Assembly (NCBI GenBank): GCA_964016885.1
Contig: OZ024745.1
Span: forward strand, 24,242,001-24,306,000
DNA length: 64,000 nucleotides
DNA from: Eledone cirrhosa
Lineage: Eukaryota
Direction: 5' to 3'
Of the stretch, positions 59,204 through 64,000 are shown in pieces. The first letter of the stretch is position 1. The number at the start of each line of letters is the position of its first letter. The notes below the pieces were generated by a model. That model was not told the origin of the DNA. It saw only the letters and a list, made by a program, of their open reading frames with translations, and ran no database searches. Made by a program: the position numbers and the translations under genes.

Positions 59204-59298
59204 GTTTACAATTTTTCACTGCCAAATCAACTTTTTCAAATACAAGTCGATGTTGAACGGTATGTCAAATCTATTTATCTATAAAACTGTCTATATTG

Positions 59299-59364
59299 TA
59301 TTTTGTCTGAAGAAGGCATAACATATTGTTAATATGATATCCCTGAAATATATATAATGAAATA
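59299..59364 (+). ncRNA. Type I hammerhead ribozyme in the 3' pLTR, mirrored on the minus strand near 56373-56438
   Basis: tattttgt CTGAAGA agg cataacatatt gtt aatatg atatc cct GAAA tatata TA atgaaata. Confidence 0.85.
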
Positions 59365-60800
59365 AATATGGTTTTATAAATATAGTTTCCATTTATTTAA
59401 TATCGTAAATATACTCCAAATACTTGTTGAGTGCTTTTATATCAGTTATAAATATTTACTAGTTGTAACCCAACAATTTAAATATAACTTTCCATGTATA
59501 TATATATATATATATTTAGGTTTGTTGGTTCACCACTGGATAGAATTGGTCATTCCGTATGGTCAATCTCGATGTAATATTATGGAGAGTACTCAACGTA
59601 ATGCAACTCACCCGCCTTCATTTGTGTAGTTGGTGGTGCGAATACGCCTCTTTTGACCGCCATATTATACCTTTAAACTCTAGGGCTAAGCATAACTATT
59701 AGCTGTATCATGCCTCCTTCTACTGGCACGTAAATAAACCCCTCCTGTGTGAATTAATAGTATTCGTTTGGTGTAGACGGTGGCCTGTTGAAGATGGTAG
59801 ACTTCCCGCTAGCACACCTGGAGCCTAAGGCAGTTACGTTCCTAGAGTATTCGAAACAATTAATTTCCATTTCTTTCGCTAGACGATACCACTCGGATCT
59901 GGCTGACACGTGGTTAGGAGGTGCTGGCTGGGATTTGCAATCGAAGGCTTCAATCTTTACTCTCTATCCCACCCTGATAATTTATCGAGATTCCCTATGA
60001 TACACTTAAACTTTTTCATATAAGACTCTCTCTGTAATTTCATTAAATAAATCTCGCAACCCAAACCTCTAATTTTTAATAATTTTTTTAATTTCTTAAT
60101 TTTTTAATTTTTAATTTTTAATTCTTAATTTTTTAATTTTTAATTTAATTTCATCCTATAAATCTAAACATAAGTTTAACGTTCCAATTTTCTGTTCACA
60201 CATTATACCATACAGACACCTACTATATATGCCTCTATTAAGATATAGGTTCTTTGGAATAACATTTTTTCGCGGCGATTTCTAGCCTGACTGTAGTGTG
60301 ACCCTTACGCTGACCTTTCTTGTTCCTTTCTTTCTTCTTTTTTCTTTTTTCTTTTTCTTTTTTCTTTTTTCTTTTTTCTCTTTGACGGAGAGGTGGTAGT
60401 ACATTATAAGCCTTCGCCCCCTCACCAGATGGTCATTAGTAGACCGAGTAGCCATCACTTGAGGGCGACTGACCGAGGTGAAAGCAGCTAGTTGGTCAGT
60501 CGTCCTCTTTGTCTTTGATTTTCGGACCCATGGATTTTATCTGTTATGTTCCTTTGTTATATTTCGAATACCTGATAATATCACCGGATTCATGCGGAAC
60601 CCGGTCATTGAAATGATCATAGTATAATAAACCTTTCAAGGATTTACACCAGCCCAGCCTCCAGTTATTTTATTTATAATATATATATATATATATACAT
60701 GTATATATATATACATATATATATAATTTATCTATTCACATGGGGTATCAGGAAATCTATCGAACCATACTCTAAAACGATGTGAGGGCAACAACCTAAG

Positions 60801-60895
<95 letters not shown>

Positions 60896-60901
60896 GAAAG
60901 G

Positions 60902-60933
<32 letters not shown>

Positions 60934-61212
60934 AAGAAGAAGAAGAAGAAGAAGAGAGCTATATAAGAAGCAGCTATTAATTAGGTAGAAATAGAGATCA
61001 TTCGTTAGACCTTTATATTCCCCGAAGGGGTTATAACCCCGGAATTATTTTAGCGCATGCCTAGTAAGATTTACTCATATTGAATTAATTCATATGGGCT
61101 ATGATGTCACGTTATTTTCCTCATTTATATATATAAAGAAACATACATACTTACATAAACATATATATATATATATATATATATGATATATATATATGTA
61201 TGTATGTATGTG

Positions 61213-61289
<77 letters not shown>

Positions 61290-62639
61290 TTCATATTTAT
61301 ACCTACACACATATATGTATATTTGTATGTATACGTATATACATGTATATTTATATATATGTGTGTATATGCGTGTATGTGTTAATGGAGATGTAGGTGT
61401 GTTGTTAGAGGTGGATAAAATATGCAGCAGCATTGGAGTTGGGATCAATATAAACATGGCTACTCTCCAAAGACAGACACCGTAAAATAATACAATAAGA
61501 AGTATGTGCATTTTTCTCTATATTCAAAATATTCGATTCATTTTTTCCTTAAATTTTTTTCAGCTAAGCATTACTTACAGTTAGCCCTAACCACTTTTCA
61601 ATTAGTGTACAATACTTTTAGTGAATAGCTGCCCCGATAACATGAATTAAGTTGTTCCCATGTGAGGTTTATGAGTCTCTAGTCATCATATGTAGCACTC
61701 CAAGATATTCTTTTCTAGTAGATTAATATGAAGATATTTCCACTGCCTTGGTACGACAGGAGATTTATTCTCTATAAAGCACTTACTTCGTTTGTCTTGT
61801 ACGTTCCGGGTACTGTATATTAAGATCCCCATGGCCACTTGCAACTCATAGCAAGGTTTCACATAAACCTGTCTCTTTCTACAGTGATCAGAGAAGTGAG
61901 TAGTCGTAGAAACATCAAGATAAACGGAATAGCCGCCGAAATATTGCAGGAGTGTTAACACAATCACCTAAACATATACTTTCTTAATATTAAGGCATTT
62001 TCGATTTATTTGTTCCCTTTATTTAATTCAGAAGGAATTTAATAACCCCAGCTGATTTCTAATTACTTTTAGAGCAGACAAATTAAGATTTATCATAATG
62101 TACATAACATGTTTAGATCTGTTTCATTCGTTTGAAATCACCAGGAATGTATGTCATTATTGTGTGACATATAAGCCAGGAGGAAGGTATGAAATTACCA
62201 TTTTCCTGTCAAAGTTAGCACAAAGGGGTTTTCACGTGACCTTATGTGTTTCTTATGAAAACTATACATATATGTCATTAAATGATATGTATAGTTTCCT
62301 TATGGAAGCTCTATACACACATAGGCATCCATGCATATACATAATGAGGTATCTGTGTGAGACTCTGGTTGTTGCTCGCTACTGTTTCTCCGTTGAGTGA
62401 TTGTCTATATCCAAGTACTTCTTTAAATACACAATAATAACATAACCAAAATCCCAGGACTTACAAATATACAGAGCAAACAAAAAATATCACAACTAGG
62501 CACCGCACACATATTACGAAGAGTACTCGCTTCGTGACTGCCTCAAACAATTCGATTGGTATCTGCGACATTGCGGCTACAACTTCGATAAAAATCTATT
62601 GAATAGATAGGGTGTGGTAAAAACCAGCTAGACTATAAC

Positions 62640-62922
<283 letters not shown>

Positions 62923-63294
62923 CGTAAAATAAGAAAATTATAAAAATTAACTTACTTACTAAAATTTCACTCCAACTAATTAGTTTCTGAAAGGGATTAA
63001 ACATAGTTTCCGAAGAAACGTAAGGAGGAGCCTTTCGTCAATCGGGAAGTCTATTCTCAGCTAAGTTTACAGGCAATACGTGGACACAGGGAACTTATAC
63101 AAAAATAATTCAGTAGATGGAAAAAAAGCAAAGCGTGGACTAAGTTCCAAGCCATTGAAAAAATCACTGCCTACTGCGTCGGTGGCAAATTCAAAAGAAT
63201 CAATCACGTGACATCGAGGTCAATCAGTGAAGAGTGGTTTGTTAAGAAGACAGCAGCCGGACCGTTACTATGAACTATAGTAGCAGTTTTGGCC

Positions 63295-63601
<307 letters not shown>

Positions 63602-64000
63602 TATATTATGTAGATAAATCTACCAAGAGTTTACGGTAGTGTCCAATCCGTATGAAGAACTCAATGTATTCCGGATATCATGGAAAGAAGAGATGTAATG
63701 AAAAATCACTTTCGGTGAAAGATAAACGGTATACAGAGTCAAGATAAAATATTAAACAAATAATGAATAAACAATTCCTTATATTAAACAAAAAAAGTTC
63801 ATTATTTAACGATCGTTTCTAGGATATATATGTGTTAGAATTGGTATGCATATTCAACAGATCTATGTACAAAATTATACAAAATTATACAAATTATCAA
63901 GATTAAATATACATACCAACAAAATTCTGCTTCAAATATTATAAACCTAACTAATTCACACCTTAGAAATCAATATGTTAACTATCTTTGGTTTAGTTAA

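Larger units (their letters stand above)
56331..59497 (+). mobile_element. 5'-truncated Penelope-like retroelement (Naiad-like) with an inverted pLTR copy at its 5' end
   Basis: 56331-56582 is the near-exact reverse complement of 59147-59406. Tail 59407-59497. (TA)n on both flanks. Confidence 0.93.

Overview
AT-rich, microsatellite-saturated eukaryotic DNA with one 200-N gap and no host protein-coding gene that I can support. The tRNA-derived SINE family suggests an octopod mollusc (inference). Nearly all long ORFs in the track come from simple repeats. The real coding remnants are all from transposons: two 5'-truncated Penelope-like elements (PLEs, RT + GIY-YIG) of different clades, a Tx1/L1-type LINE, RTE and R4/Dong-type fragments, and a Tc1/mariner deletion derivative. 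About a dozen SINE copies and several MITEs are also present. The main unexplained structure is a set of short non-coding fold-back (inverted-repeat) elements and solo arms from several unrelated families. They share one layout: a (TA)n tract against one arm, usually a minimal hammerhead ribozyme motif, and an unpaired tail on the other arm that often begins with an ACTC...GAGT stem-loop. One fold-back family shares its terminus with the 48-50 kb PLE, and the 56-59 kb PLE has the same layout, which suggests a microsatellite-targeted, ribozyme-bearing system mobilised by PLEs. All ribozyme calls were made by eye from motifs and stem pairing and are untested.
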